From Nitrospirota bacterium (GTDB lineage Bacteria > Nitrospirota > UBA9217), in contig CAWCKW010000013.1 of the NCBI GenBank assembly GCA_963796285.1, positions 480,001 through 544,000 of the forward strand: 64,000 nt of DNA, given 5' to 3'. The notes under the pieces are model-generated. The model did no database searches. It was not told the origin of the DNA and was given only the letters and a program-made list of their open reading frames with translations. Of this stretch, positions 10,765 through 21,283 are shown in pieces (positions within the stretch are counted from its first letter, which is position 1; each line of letters opens with the position of its first letter). A program made the translations under genes and the position numbers.

Positions 10765-11053
10765 ATGAAAGTCGCAAGATCGCTTGTTCTCGTCGTTTTT
10801 GTTCTGCTCGCATTTGTAGGTGTAGCCCTCGCGCTGGAGATATCGGGGGAAGTCACTGCTGTGGATGCCGCGAAAGGTACTCTGATCGTTGAAAAGTGGA
10901 GCGGTTGATGCCGGCTTTGATTGTGAAACAGGGTCCCTGATTAAAGATGTGAAGGTGGGAGATAAGGTTGCTGTGGAATATAAGGAAGAGGGCGGCAAGA
11001 AAAAGGCAACGAAAGTTACCCCGATGAAAAAGAAGGCCGCTGTAGGATGCTGA
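10765..11053 (+). CDS. Small secreted OB-fold-like protein ending KKKAAVGC; +1 frameshift near 10886; absent from ORF track
   Basis: SD GGAGG, signal peptide MKVARSLVLVVFVLLAFVGVALA, then SGEVTAVDAAKGTL...DVKVGDKVAVEYKEEGGKKKATKVTP; own promoter and terminator. Confidence 0.75.
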
Positions 11054-11064
11054 TTTGTTCCGCT

Positions 11065-11097
11065 GAAAAGGCAGGCTAATGCCTGCCTTTTCTTTTT
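11065..11097 (+). terminator. Intrinsic terminator
   Basis: GAAAAGGCAGGC-taat-GCCTGCCTTTTC followed by a T run. Confidence 0.85.
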
Positions 11098-11302
11098 CAC
11101 CCGGACTCTGTTTATAAGATTCCCGCATTCCCTCATGTTTTCCCTGCCTGGCTCGAAAACCTGCCTTTGAAAATATTTTTACAGCGTCCACTATTGCTAT
11201 GATCATGACTGTTGCACGCGCATGAAAATCGGTCCCTGAAGAAATATTCGGAGCTCATCTTTAGACAGCTTGTCAAAAAACAAAAAGCCCTTTACAAACA
11301 CG

Positions 11303-11336
11303 AAGGGCCTCCAGAGAAAATATCTGGAGGCCCTTT
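11303..11336 (-). terminator. Hairpin terminator downstream of fhs
   Basis: AAGGGCCTCCAGA-N7-TCTGGAGGCCCTT. Confidence 0.7.
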
Positions 11337-11350
11337 GATTCTTACACTTC

Positions 11351-13115
11351 TTAAAACAGCCCTGAGACCTTGCCGGTGTTTACATCCACGTCCACGCGAC
11401 GGAATGCCGGGTTGGAACTCGTTCCGGGCATAAGGCTGATCGCCCCGGCGCACGGGCACAGGAACTTGGCGCCCGAGTAAATCAACACATCCCTGATGGG
11501 CAGCGTCCAACCCTTGGGCACTCCCTTGAGGGTCGGATCGTGGGTGAGACTGAGATGGGTCTTGACCATCATGGTGGCGTAGTCCGCGTACTTGGGATCG
11601 TCTTCCAGCATTTTGGCCTTGGCCTCAGCTTCGGGAAGCCAGGAAACACCATCCGCACCGTACACCTCTTTGGCAATTTTCGCCACGCGGTCACGCAACT
11701 TCATTTCAAGCGGATAGAGGAACTTGAAATCGGTTTTCTCGTTACAGGCGTCAATGACCGCGTCGGCAAGTTCCAGGGCTCCCTCACCGCCTTTGAGCCA
11801 GTGCTGGGATTCCGCGCAGCGGGCGCCGGCTGCTTCTGCGGCCTTCTTTACCGCGGCCACTTCGGCATTCGTATCGGTGTAAAAACGGTTGATGCAGACA
11901 ACAGGGTTTATGCCGGACTTGCGGATGACGTTGATCATGTGGACCATGTTAGCGCAGCCCTTTTCAACCAGGCCAACGTTCTCCTTCGTGTACTCTTCGG
12001 GCAGGGCCTTGCCGGCCACTACCTTGGGGCCGCCGCCATGCATCTTCAGGGCGCGGACGGTGGTGGTGAGCACGGAAACGTGCGGTTTCAGGCCGCTGAA
12101 ACGGGACTTGACGTTCCAGAACTTTTCAAAGCCGATGTCCGCGGCAAAGCCGGACTCGGTCACATGGTAGTCGAACAGCTTCAGGCCGACCCGGTCGGCG
12201 ATGATGGAGGACTGGCCCACGGCGATATTGGCGAACGGCCCGGCATGGACGAAGCAGGGGTTGTATTCGGCCGTGCACATGAGGGTGGGGTTTATGGTAT
12301 TGCGCATAAAGGCGGCCATTGCATTGCCGACTTCGAGATCGCCTGTGGTAACCGGTTTGCCGCTTTTGTCGAAGGCAACGGTGATGTGGTTCAGGCGCTG
12401 TTTCAGGTCAGCGAGGTCTTTGGCTATGGACAGGATGGCCATGCACTCGGACCCGACCGCGATACCGAACTTGGACTGCATCATGAAGCCGTCCGTCCGT
12501 CCGCCCATGCCAATGATGATATGGCGGAGGCTCTGAGCGCAGAAATCCATGATCCATCCCATCTCGACGCGCGTGGGATCTATATCGAGACGCCTCATCT
12601 TCGTGAGACGCGCAAGCTGCTCGTCGTTATAGTTGCGCTCGTGCTGCATGCGGGAGGTCATCGCCACCATGGCCAGATTATGGGAGTTCATGATGTCGTT
12701 GATGTCGCCGGTGAGCCCCAGTGAAAACTCGGTCATCGGGTATCAGCAGAGAATTGCCGCCGCCGGCTGCGGTGCCCTTCACGTTCATGGTGGGCCCGCC
12801 TGAAGGCTGACGCAGCGCCCCGCCGACGTTCACGCCTCGTTTGCCGAGACCCTCCATCAAACCGCACGAAGTAGTGCTTTTGCCTTCGCCCAGCGGGGTA
12901 GGGGTGATGGCCGTCACCTCGATGTACTTGCCGTCGGGCTTATGTTTGAGACGTTCGTTTACCTTGAGAAAGTCAATCTTGGACAGGCGGCCCATGGGCA
13001 GCATCTCGTCCTTTTGCAGACCCAGTTTCTCGCGCCACTCTTCCGGCGTGGGCATGTTCTTTTCCGCTTCTTCGGAAATCTGCCAATCAGCTAATTTTGT
13101 TGCATCAAATGGCAT
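11351..13115 (-). CDS. fhs: Formate--tetrahydrofolate ligase; split by +1 frameshift near 12737-12740
   Basis: [14 protein letters not shown] and GTAAGGG in 12678..13115; HAGPFANIA and TESGF in 11351..12736; halves join as [15 protein letters not shown]. Confidence 0.93.
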
Positions 13116-13145
13116 ATCAACTCCTCCTTTTAAATACGATTATAT

Positions 13146-13189
13146 ATTCAAGATTCAAAATGTTGAATATTGAATATTCCATCTTGAAT
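13146..13189. repeat. 7-nt periodic inverted repeat spacer
   Basis: attcaag attcaaa / ttgaata ttgaata ttccatc ttgaat. Confidence 0.6.
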
Positions 13190-13194
13190 TTTTC

Positions 13195-13653
13195 TCAATA
13201 GCTGATCAAAAGCTTCATGAGCTTCTCGTTCATGGCGTGCACGTTCCTGCTCGAGATGCGCGCGATGGTCTTCATGATCTTGTACATCATCACGGTGTCG
13301 CTTTTTTCAAACGCCTTGAAATCATCGGTCTTGAACCGATAGACCTCCGTGGCCTCAATGGCCGTTGCGGCCGCACCGTGGGTACTCTTGCCCTCGATCA
13401 CCGAAAGCTCGCCGAAGATGTGGTTGTCCGACAGGACGGCAAGGGTCTGTTTCCAGCCGTCGGGCGTGGACTTCGAGATCTCCACCTTACCGCTCTTCAC
13501 GAGATAGATCCCCTTCGTGGGTTCTCCCTCATTAAAGATCGACTTCCCCTTGGGGTAGCTCTCGACCGCGATCTTCTGCGCCATCATTTCGAGCTCGGTC
13601 TCGGTCAGGTCGCTGAAGAGTACCTGTTTTTTAAGTTCTGATTTATCGGGCAT
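13195..13653 (-). CDS. Stand-alone cyclic-nucleotide-binding domain protein (no HTH)
   Basis: IFNEGE, IYLVKSGKVEI, FGELS; ends after the C-helix at 152 aa. Confidence 0.85.
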   Translation of the reverse strand: MPDKSELKKQVLFSDLTETELEMMAQKIAVESYPKGKSIFNEGEPTKGIYLVKSGKVEISKSTPDGWKQTLAVLSDNHIFGELSVIEGKSTHGAAATAIEATEVYRFKTDDFKAFEKSDTVMMYKIMKTIARISSRNVHAMNEKLMKLLISY

Positions 13654-13692
13654 TGTTGCCTCCTCGCTGTCTAAAACGTAATGATAAAATTA

Positions 13693-13772
13693 ACCACAGA
13701 GCACACAGAGAAATCTTACGATCTCAAAAGCATAAGGCTTTCCCCGGCCGCCGCCTCTGTGCCCTCTGTGGT
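13693..13772. repeat. REP-like inverted element (ACCACAGAG..CACAGAG / CTCTGTG..CTCTGTGGT)
   Basis: Arms read directly from sequence; near-identical arms at 22648-22707. Confidence 0.8.
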
Positions 13773-13781
13773 AATAAATCC

Positions 13782-16454
13782 TTATGCCTTCTCGATCCGC
13801 ACGGCTGAGACCTTGAATGACGGGATCTTGGCTGTCGGGTCGAGCGACGTGCTGCTCGTGAGCACATTGGCCGCCGCTTCCTTGAAATGGAAGGGGATGA
13901 ACACCACGCCCTTGGCGGGCCGTTTTGACACGAGCGTCTTGACAGTGATCGAACCGCGGCGTGAGCTGACCTTCACCTGCATCCCGTCGCTGACGGACAG
14001 CTCCCTGGCATCGCCGGGGTTTATTTCAATATATGCTTCCGGCGATACTGCATTGATCGGCTTCACCCGCCTGGTCATGCCTCCGGTATGGTACTGGAAC
14101 AAGAGCCTGCCGGTCGTCAGGATGAACGGATACTCTTTGTCCGCCTGTTCCGCCGATTCTTTATAGGTTACGAGGGTGAATCTGCCCTTGCCGCGCGGGA
14201 ACCCGCCCTTGAACAGGAACTGCGTGCCGGGATGGTCCGGCGTGGGACAGGGCCATTGAAGGCCGCCGTCTTCGAGCCTGACGTAGCCCATGCCGGCGAG
14301 CGCCGGCCAAGCCTGGCCCATTTCACGGAATATTTCGACGGTATGGGAATAGGTCATCTCGTAGCCCATTCTTTTGGACAGCTCCATGATGATGAGCGAG
14401 TCTTTCATGGCCGAACCCGGAGAGCTGACCGCTCTCCTGACAAGCTGCACGCGGCGCTCCGTGTTGGTGAACGTGCCGACCTTCTCGGCAAAGGATGAAC
14501 CGGGCAGCACCACGTGAGCAAGCTCCGCTGTTTCGGTCATAAAGATGTCCTGGACCACGAGCAAGTCGAGCGCCTTGAGCGCTTTCGCGGTGTGCGTGGA
14601 GTTGGGGTCGGAGACCGCCGGGTTCTCGCCCATGATATAGAGGGCCTTAAGCGTGCCCTTTTCCGCCGCAGGCAACATCTCCGTGGCGGTCAGGCCTTCC
14701 TTGCCCGACAGTTTCGCCTTCCAGAGGGCCTCGAACCTTTCCTGAATAGCGGGGATGACGACCCGCTGGTAGCCCGGGTACATGTTCGGTATGCATCCCA
14801 TGTCGGTGGCGCCCTGAACGTTGTTCTGGCCCCGGAGCGGGTTCACGCCGGCGCTCTCCTTGCCGAGGTTCCCGGTCATGAGCGCCAGGTTGGCGATGGA
14901 GAGGACGTTTTCCGTGCCGTGAGCGTGCTGGGTGATCCCCATGGTATAGTAGATGCCCGCTTTGTCCGATGAGCCGTACATCCTCGCCGCCTTGATGATC
15001 AAGTCCGCAGGTACGCCGGTGATCTTCGATGCGGCCTCGGGGGGATAGGCTTCGATATTTTTCCGGAACTCCTCGTCAAAGCCTTCCGTCATGGACGCGA
15101 TAAAATCCTGCTTGGCGAGGCCTTCTTTCATGATCACGTGCATCATGCCGTTCAAGAGCGCCACGTCCGTGCCCGGCTTCTGCTGCATCCAGATGTCCGC
15201 GAAACGGACGAGCGGCACCCGCCGCGGATCGGCGATGATGATCTTCGCGCCTTTACGCTTGGCCTTGATCATCTTGAGCGCGACAATGGGGTGGTTCTCC
15301 TTGGTGTTCGAGCCGATGACGAACAGCACATCATTGTTCTCGATCTCAGCCATGGAGTTCGTCATTGCACCGGAACCGAATACGGTGGCCAGACCGGCCA
15401 CAGTCGAGCTATGTCAGAGACGCGCGCAGTGATCGACATTGTTCGTGCCGATGCCCGCGCGGATGAATTTCTGGAATAGGTAGTTCTCTTCGTTCGTGCA
15501 GCGTGCGGAGGAGAGGCCGGCAATGGCGTCGGGCCCGTGCTTCTCTTTGATGGCGGTAAGCTTGTCGGCGATGAAGCCGAACGCCTCGTCCCAGGAAGCG
15601 GGGACGAGCTTTCCGTCCTTCCTGATCAGCGGAGTGGTGAGCCTGTCGGGGCTGTTGATGAAGCTGTATCCGAACCGGCCCTTGACGCAAAGCCAGCCTT
15701 CGTTGATCGTGTCCTGGCGCGAGGTGACCCGCACCACTTCGTTCCTGCTCACGTGCAGGGTGAGGTTGCACCCGCAGCCGCAGTAGGGACAGATGGTCTC
15801 GACCTGCTTCACGTCCTTCTGCCTGCCCTTGCCCAGGGACTGCTTGCTCATGAGCGCGCCCGTGGGGCAGATGCTGACGCACTGTCCGCAGAACTCGCAG
15901 TCGAGGTCCTTTTCAAAGGGCGTGGAGACCTTGGCGCCGAAACCGCGGCTTGAGATGTCGATGGCGCCCACGCCCTGGACTTCGTCGCAGACGCGAACGC
16001 ATTTGCCGCAGAGGATGCACTTCTCCATGTCGCGCTCGATAAAGGGGTTCATGTCCTTTTTCGTGTACTCGCGCCGCTCGCCGACGAACCGGTTCGACCG
16101 GAGCTCGTAGAAATACGCCAGTTCCTGGAGCGTGCAGTCGCCGGCCCGTTCGCAGACCATGCAGTCGTTCGGATGGTCGGACAGGAGGAGTTCGACGATC
16201 GTGCGGCGCTGGCGCTCGATCTGGTCGTTCGAGGTCTCTACTTCCATGCCCTCGGTCACCGGCGTGGTGCATGCCGTCACCGGCCGGGGCATGCCCTTTA
16301 CCTGGATAAGGCACAGCCTGCAGCCGCCATGGGGCTCCAGCCTCGGATCGTCGCAGAGCGTCGGGATGAAGATGTCATTCCGCCGCGCGGCGTCGAGAAT
16401 GGTCGCTCCGTCGGGGACGGTTATTTTCCTGCCATTGATCGAAAGATTTGCCAT
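13782..16454 (-). CDS. fdhA: Selenocysteine-containing formate dehydrogenase alpha subunit (Mo/W-bisPGD; N-terminal 2Fe-2S/4Fe-4S)
   Basis: ORFs 15414..16454 and 13782..15401 are in frame across TGA: NVDHCARL-U-HSSTVAGLA; CPYCGCGC and LRGQNNVQG motifs. Confidence 0.95.
15385..15416 (-). promoter_or_regulatory. UGA(Sec) codon plus bacterial SECIS hairpin
   Basis: TGA at 15416-15414; 12 nt later stem GUGGCC, loop GGUCU, stem GGCCAC. Confidence 0.88.
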
Positions 16455-16458
16455 GGGG

Positions 16459-18237
16459 TTACCCTTTTCTGATCGCCTTGAACTTGCACGTCTCGAAGCA
16501 GGCTCCGCACTTGATGCACATGTCCTGGATGATCTTGTGCGGTTTCTTTTTCTCGCCGATGATGGCGCCGGCCGGGCACACGCGCGTGCAGGCGGTGCAG
16601 CCCTTGCAGAACTCCTCGAGAATGCCGTAGGACAAAAGGTCCTTGCAAACGCCGGCGGGACAGCGTTTTTCGAAGATGTGCGCCTCGTACTCGTCCCGGA
16701 AATACTTGATCGTGGAGAGGACGGGATTGGGGGCCGACTGGCCCAGACCGCAGAGCGACGATGTTTTTACGTCGCTGCTGAGCGTTTCGAGCAGATCGAT
16801 ATCCCCTTCTCTTCCCTTGCCTTCGGTGATCCTGGTCAGGATCTCGAGAAGCCTCTTGGTGCCGATCCTGCAGGGAACGCATTTGCCGCAGGACTCGGAC
16901 TTGGTGAACTCCAGGAAGTATTTGGCGACATTCACCATGCAGTCGGTCTCATCAAGCACCACCATGCCGCCCGATCCCATGATCGAGCCGACCTTGCCGA
17001 GAGATTCATAATCGAGCGTGGTGTCGATGATGCTTGAGGGAATGCACCCGCCGGACGGACCCCCGGTCTGGACGGCCTTGAGCTTTTTCCCGCCTTCGAT
17101 GCCTCCGCCGATTTCGTAGATGACCTCTCTGAGCGGGATGCCCATCGGCACCTCGATGAGCCCGGAGTTCAGGATCTTTCCGGTCAGGGCGAAGACCTTG
17201 GTGCCCTTGCTCTTCTCCGTGCCCATGCCCGCGTACCATGCCGCGCCCTTGCGCATGATGTAGGGAACGTTCGCGAGGGTCTCAACGTTGTTGATGATCG
17301 TCGGATAACCCCACAGGCCCTTCTGGACCGGGAAGGGCGGTTTGGCGCGCGGCTGGCCCCGTTTTCCCTCGATCGAGGCGATCAGCGCCGTCTCCTCGCC
17401 GCAGACAAAGGCGCCTGCGCCGAGCTTTACTTTGACATTGAAATCAAAACCCTTGCCGAGGATATTGGTGCCGAGGAACCCGCGCTCCTTTGCCTGCTTG
17501 ATGGCCAGGTGAAGCCGTTCCACGGCAAGGGGGTACTCCGCCCTGATGTAGACATAACCGTACGGCGCCGCGATGGCATAGGCGCCGATGATCATGCCCT
17601 CGATCACCGCATGAGGATTTCCCTCGACAACCGACCGGTCCATGAATGCGCCCGGGTCGCCTTCGTCGGCGTTGCAGATGAGGTACTTGATCGGACCGGG
17701 CGCCTTGATCGCCATGTCCCACTTGACGCCCGTGGGGAAGCCCGCGCCGCCGCGGCCTCTGAGACCCGAGGCTTTGATCACGTCGATCGTCTCCCGGGGG
17801 CTCATGGTCAAGAGGACCTTCTTGGCCGCCTCATACCCGCCGCGGGAGATATAGGAGTCGATGTCCTCCGGGTCTACTTCGCCGCAGTCGGAGAGCACGA
17901 CCTTGACCTGTTTATCATGGAAAGTGTGATAGTCGTCCTTCACGAGCCAGTCGCCCACTGGCGCGCCGCCCGCGATATGCTCATTCACGATCCGCTCCAC
18001 CATGTCCGGCTTGATGTACTCGTACGTAAACTTGGCGCCGTCGATGATAACGTCCACGAGCACGTCGCGCGCGCAGAACCCCCGGCAACCCACCTTATGC
18101 ACCGAACAGTTCTTCTCCACCTTCGCCCGGATCTGGGTAGCCGCTAAGGCCTTTTCGAACGAGGCGATCACGCCCACACCGCCCGCAGCTATGCCGCCCG
18201 TGCCCATACAGACCTTTATCGAGACGTCTTTATTCAT
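16459..18237 (-). CDS. NuoF/HydB-like FMN/NADH-binding subunit with N-terminal 2Fe-2S and C-terminal 2x4Fe-4S
   Basis: GLRGRGGAGFPTG, NADEGDPGAFMD, GAFVCGEET, GGPSGG, ESCGKCVPCR, two CxxCxxCxxxC motifs. Confidence 0.93.
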   Translation of the reverse strand: MNKDVSIKVCMGTGGIAAGGVGVIASFEKALAATQIRAKVEKNCSVHKVGCRGFCARDVLVDVIIDGAKFTYEYIKPDMVERIVNEHIAGGAPVGDWLVKDDYHTFHDKQVKVVLSDCGEVDPEDIDSYISRGGYEAAKKVLLTMSPRETIDVIKASGLRGRGGAGFPTGVKWDMAIKAPGPIKYLICNADEGDPGAFMDRSVVEGNPHAVIEGMIIGAYAIAAPYGYVYIRAEYPLAVERLHLAIKQAKERGFLGTNILGKGFDFNVKVKLGAGAFVCGEETALIASIEGKRGQPRAKPPFPVQKGLWGYPTIINNVETLANVPYIMRKGAAWYAGMGTEKSKGTKVFALTGKILNSGLIEVPMGIPLREVIYEIGGGIEGGKKLKAVQTGGPSGGCIPSSIIDTTLDYESLGKVGSIMGSGGMVVLDETDCMVNVAKYFLEFTKSESCGKCVPCRIGTKRLLEILTRITEGKGREGDIDLLETLSSDVKTSSLCGLGQSAPNPVLSTIKYFRDEYEAHIFEKRCPAGVCKDLLSYGILEEFCKGCTACTRVCPAGAIIGEKKKPHKIIQDMCIKCGACFETCKFKAIRKG

Positions 18238-18327
18238 GATTGCTCCGGAGTGAGACCGGGCCGAGCCCGGCATTTCACACCCAACTCTGAACCCTACACC
18301 TGTGGCTCCGCTTGGTCAGAGTGGTTC

Positions 18328-18810
18328 TTAAATATAATCGATGTACTCGTGCTTTCCCTCTTTGAGGGTCTTCATCTCTTTCATGAGCTTGTCCGGCGTC
18401 ACCTTGCCATGCACGGTCTTGTTCACGATAATGACCGGCGCAATGCTGCAGGCGCCGACACAGTTCACCTTTTCAACCGTGAATTTGAGGTCTTCCGATG
18501 TGTCCTCGCCGTCGGGTATCCCCAGCTCTTTTACGAGACTGTTGATCAGCCGCTCGGACCCCTTGACGTGGCAGGCCGTGCCGCAGCATGCCGTTATGAT
18601 GTTTTTCCCTCTCGGCTTGAGGTGAAACTGCGCGTAGAAGGTAGCTATGCCGTAAAATTTCGCCGGCGGAACATCGAGCCGCTCAGAGATCCAGGTGATC
18701 GCGTCCTCGCGCAGATAGCCGAATTCGCTCTCAAGGTCCTGCAGGATCGAGATCAGGTTGCCTTCGTTCTCATGGTACCGCGTGATGATACGTTCGAGTT
18801 TTTTTTCCAT
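18328..18810 (-). CDS. NuoE/HydC-like 2Fe-2S subunit
   Basis: ATFYAQF, CCGTACHVKG, CVGAC. Confidence 0.93.
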   Translation of the reverse strand: MEKKLERIITRYHENEGNLISILQDLESEFGYLREDAITWISERLDVPPAKFYGIATFYAQFHLKPRGKNIITACCGTACHVKGSERLINSLVKELGIPDGEDTSEDLKFTVEKVNCVGACSIAPVIIVNKTVHGKVTPDKLMKEMKTLKEGKHEYIDYI

Positions 18811-18980
18811 CGTCTTCTTCCTCTTGAGACAAAAAGGGCCGCCTCAATTGTCCCGGCAGCCGCGTAGGTACTCCACGGTCTTGGTCTTGGTGTGTGCTTG
18901 GAGGGCACGCTCCCGGCCTTCGACTGGCGCGCCCCTTATTGCAGCAGGGGCGCGCAAATTTGGACGCTATCCGTTCGTCA

Positions 18981-21182
18981 TCAGAACATCGGGTCCATCG
19001 TAAGCGCTGGATGGCCTTTTGCGGTAAGGAACTCCATCATCTTGTCGGAATCTTCCGCCACGGTCTCGTCGGCGATCTTGTCCAGGAGGTCCGGCACACC
19101 CTCTTCTTCTGCGCGCTTTTTGAACTCTTCGGCAAAGGACTCTTTCAGGTTCTTGGTCATCCAGACGACCCGCTTAAAGCCGCCGTCCGCCGCGAGGAAC
19201 TTTTTGCTCGTGAGGAAGAACCTTCCGATGCCCATAAAGCCGGGTGTCTGGGCCCCGCCACCCACTGTTCCGGCAAGGGTCGAGAACTTCATGCCGATGG
19301 GTGTCATGCCCGTGTAGCCGCGGTTCACCACCATCACGCCGTTTGCCTCCGGCACAATGGCCATGATGCACTCAAAGCAGCCGCATGACGTCATGGGCGC
19401 GTCCATGATGGTGTAGGCATTGAAATATTCGAGCGCCTGGTGCGAGTTCGTGTACACATATTCGTCCACGCCCTTCCAGCGCCCCTTGATCGCATCGACG
19501 GTCTCGCCTTTCAGTACCGGCTGGTTCGCGCCATTCGGATCGATCTCGTATGCGGCCTTGGCATCGAGCCAGTTGTAGGCGCCGCAGAGGCCGAGCCGCT
19601 CGGGAGACACAACGCACACGTGGTTCGGTGCGAAGCTCTGACAAAGGAGGCAGGAATAAAAGGTGTCAACGGACTCGTCGGTCATCGTAGCAAGACGGAT
19701 ATCGCGTTCGAGGTAGGCCTTGCGCGCTTCCTCGTTCTTCGCCTTCACGTCGGCCTCGTCCACAAACAGCGTCACCTGGACCTTGTCCACGATGTTGTTA
19801 AATTTATGTTTGAGCTGGGTCGCGAGGATGTCGCCGAAGTGCTTCAGGACGAACCCGTCCTTAAACGCGTTGATGCTGACCCGGAACCAGTTCTGGTCAC
19901 GCTGGCCCATGTGCCAGATGCCCTGTGCCTCGTTGACGAAGTGATGGATCTTCCGCTCGAGCACGGGTTCGAAGTCTTTCTGCATCTTCCGGCCCCCGAC
20001 CTCGACCATGACGCCGAGCGGCATCTGGCCGCCCTTCTGGTACCTGGCCTCGGGATCGGCCCCGATGATCGTGACCTTGCCGTCCTCGATGGTCTTCAAG
20101 TCCACCATATGGAGCCACTCGAAGGCCGGCGTGCGCTGCCCGCCGAACTCGATGTGCATGTCTTCCTTGCGGATGCGCTCGCCTTCGAAGGCCGGTCCAT
20201 AGGCCACCGGGATCGGCGGTTTCGAGACCGTGATCTTGAGACCGCGCACCTCGATGCACTTCTCAACAAGCTTCTTGGGATCGAGCTCCTTGGCCACTTC
20301 TTCGTAGATCGTGACGCCCGTGGGATGGATCGTCGGGATATCGGTGTTCGCGATGGCCGGGAAGCCCATGTTGATGGCGCCGGCGCCGGTGGTCCAGATT
20401 CGGTCGTTCAAGGGGCCGAGGACCATGGCAAAGGCGAACACCTTGTCCTTGGAGTACTTGAGTATCCGCTTGAAATCGCCGCCCTTCATGCCGCCGAAGG
20501 TGATGCCCGCGCGCGCCGCCCAATGCAGGGCATAAATGGCATGCTCCACCTCGGGGCCGAGAGGCACCAGGCGCGTATCCCAGCCGAGCTGCACGCCCTT
20601 TCGGAGAAGCTGCTTGGTCATGCTCTCTCCGTTCACGTTGCCGCACAGGAACGTGAGGATGTTCTTCTGCTGAAGGTCCCTGGCGATCTCGAAGGCCTGG
20701 TCATCGCTGTCCGCTGCGCCGATGATGCAAACATAACCCGGCATCGAGCCGTCCACCAGCTGCACACCCAGGTTGCGGAGGATCGTGTCGGAGATGAATC
20801 CATGGTAGGTCAGACCGATCGAGTCGTCCTTCACCGGCTCCTGTCCATAGATGTATCGGACCGCCATGATGATCTCCTGTGCAAAGAGGGTCGCCATGCC
20901 GGCGTCGAGCGCCTCTCCCAGATAGGGCTTGAACAGGTGGTCCGCCGGTGCCTCGGTGAGGAGCGGCTTCACATGCCGTTCAAGGGCCGTCTTCATATCT
21001 CCGACGGTATGGACCTCGTAGCCCGTCATGGAGAATATCTGCGGCAGGAAGTATGCGGTATCAGGGAACTCGAACTTGAAGTCCGCGCCCTTCTCGGTGA
21101 TGGCCTTCTCAACAAGCGCCTCGGCCTGCTTCACGTAGTAGTGGGATCCCAGAATGGCCCCGGTGGCAATGACTTTTGACAT
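18981..21182 (-). CDS. acsB: Acetyl-CoA synthase (bacterial-type, with N-terminal domain)
   Basis: FPDTAY, YSCLLCQSFAPNHVC, GLCGA, PMTSCGCFEC. Confidence 0.97.
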   Translation of the reverse strand: MSKVIATGAILGSHYYVKQAEALVEKAITEKGADFKFEFPDTAYFLPQIFSMTGYEVHTVGDMKTALERHVKPLLTEAPADHLFKPYLGEALDAGMATLFAQEIIMAVRYIYGQEPVKDDSIGLTYHGFISDTILRNLGVQLVDGSMPGYVCIIGAADSDDQAFEIARDLQQKNILTFLCGNVNGESMTKQLLRKGVQLGWDTRLVPLGPEVEHAIYALHWAARAGITFGGMKGGDFKRILKYSKDKVFAFAMVLGPLNDRIWTTGAGAINMGFPAIANTDIPTIHPTGVTIYEEVAKELDPKKLVEKCIEVRGLKITVSKPPIPVAYGPAFEGERIRKEDMHIEFGGQRTPAFEWLHMVDLKTIEDGKVTIIGADPEARYQKGGQMPLGVMVEVGGRKMQKDFEPVLERKIHHFVNEAQGIWHMGQRDQNWFRVSINAFKDGFVLKHFGDILATQLKHKFNNIVDKVQVTLFVDEADVKAKNEEARKAYLERDIRLATMTDESVDTFYSCLLCQSFAPNHVCVVSPERLGLCGAYNWLDAKAAYEIDPNGANQPVLKGETVDAIKGRWKGVDEYVYTNSHQALEYFNAYTIMDAPMTSCGCFECIMAIVPEANGVMVVNRGYTGMTPIGMKFSTLAGTVGGGAQTPGFMGIGRFFLTSKKFLAADGGFKRVVWMTKNLKESFAEEFKKRAEEEGVPDLLDKIADETVAEDSDKMMEFLTAKGHPALTMDPMF

Positions 21183-21203
21183 GGATTACTCCTTTTACAG
21201 TTA

Positions 21204-21277
21204 CAGAATCCAGAAGCCAGGATCCAGAAGCCAGAATTAAACCTCCTGACTACTGACTCCTATCTCCTGTCTCCTGA
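21204..21277. repeat. 7-nt periodic inverted repeat spacer (acsC/acsB)
   Basis: cagaatc cagaagc caggatc cagaagc cagaatt / ctcctga ctactga ctcctat ctcctgt ctcctga. Confidence 0.8.
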
Positions 21278-21283
21278 GTTTAT

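Noticed and set aside
11051-11097. Sec readthrough of TGA after Gly-Cys in the small secreted protein
   Set aside because: The following hairpin has a TAAT loop and T tail, i.e. a terminator, not a G-loop SECIS
12730-12745. Programmed frameshifting in fhs, metF or the flavoprotein
   Set aside because: No slippery heptamers; indels are scattered across unrelated genes
19440-21179. Long antisense ORFs (579 aa here; also 11540..12724, 38784..40292, 47021..48421)
   Set aside because: Shadows of GC-biased real genes on the opposite strand; no motifs or SD
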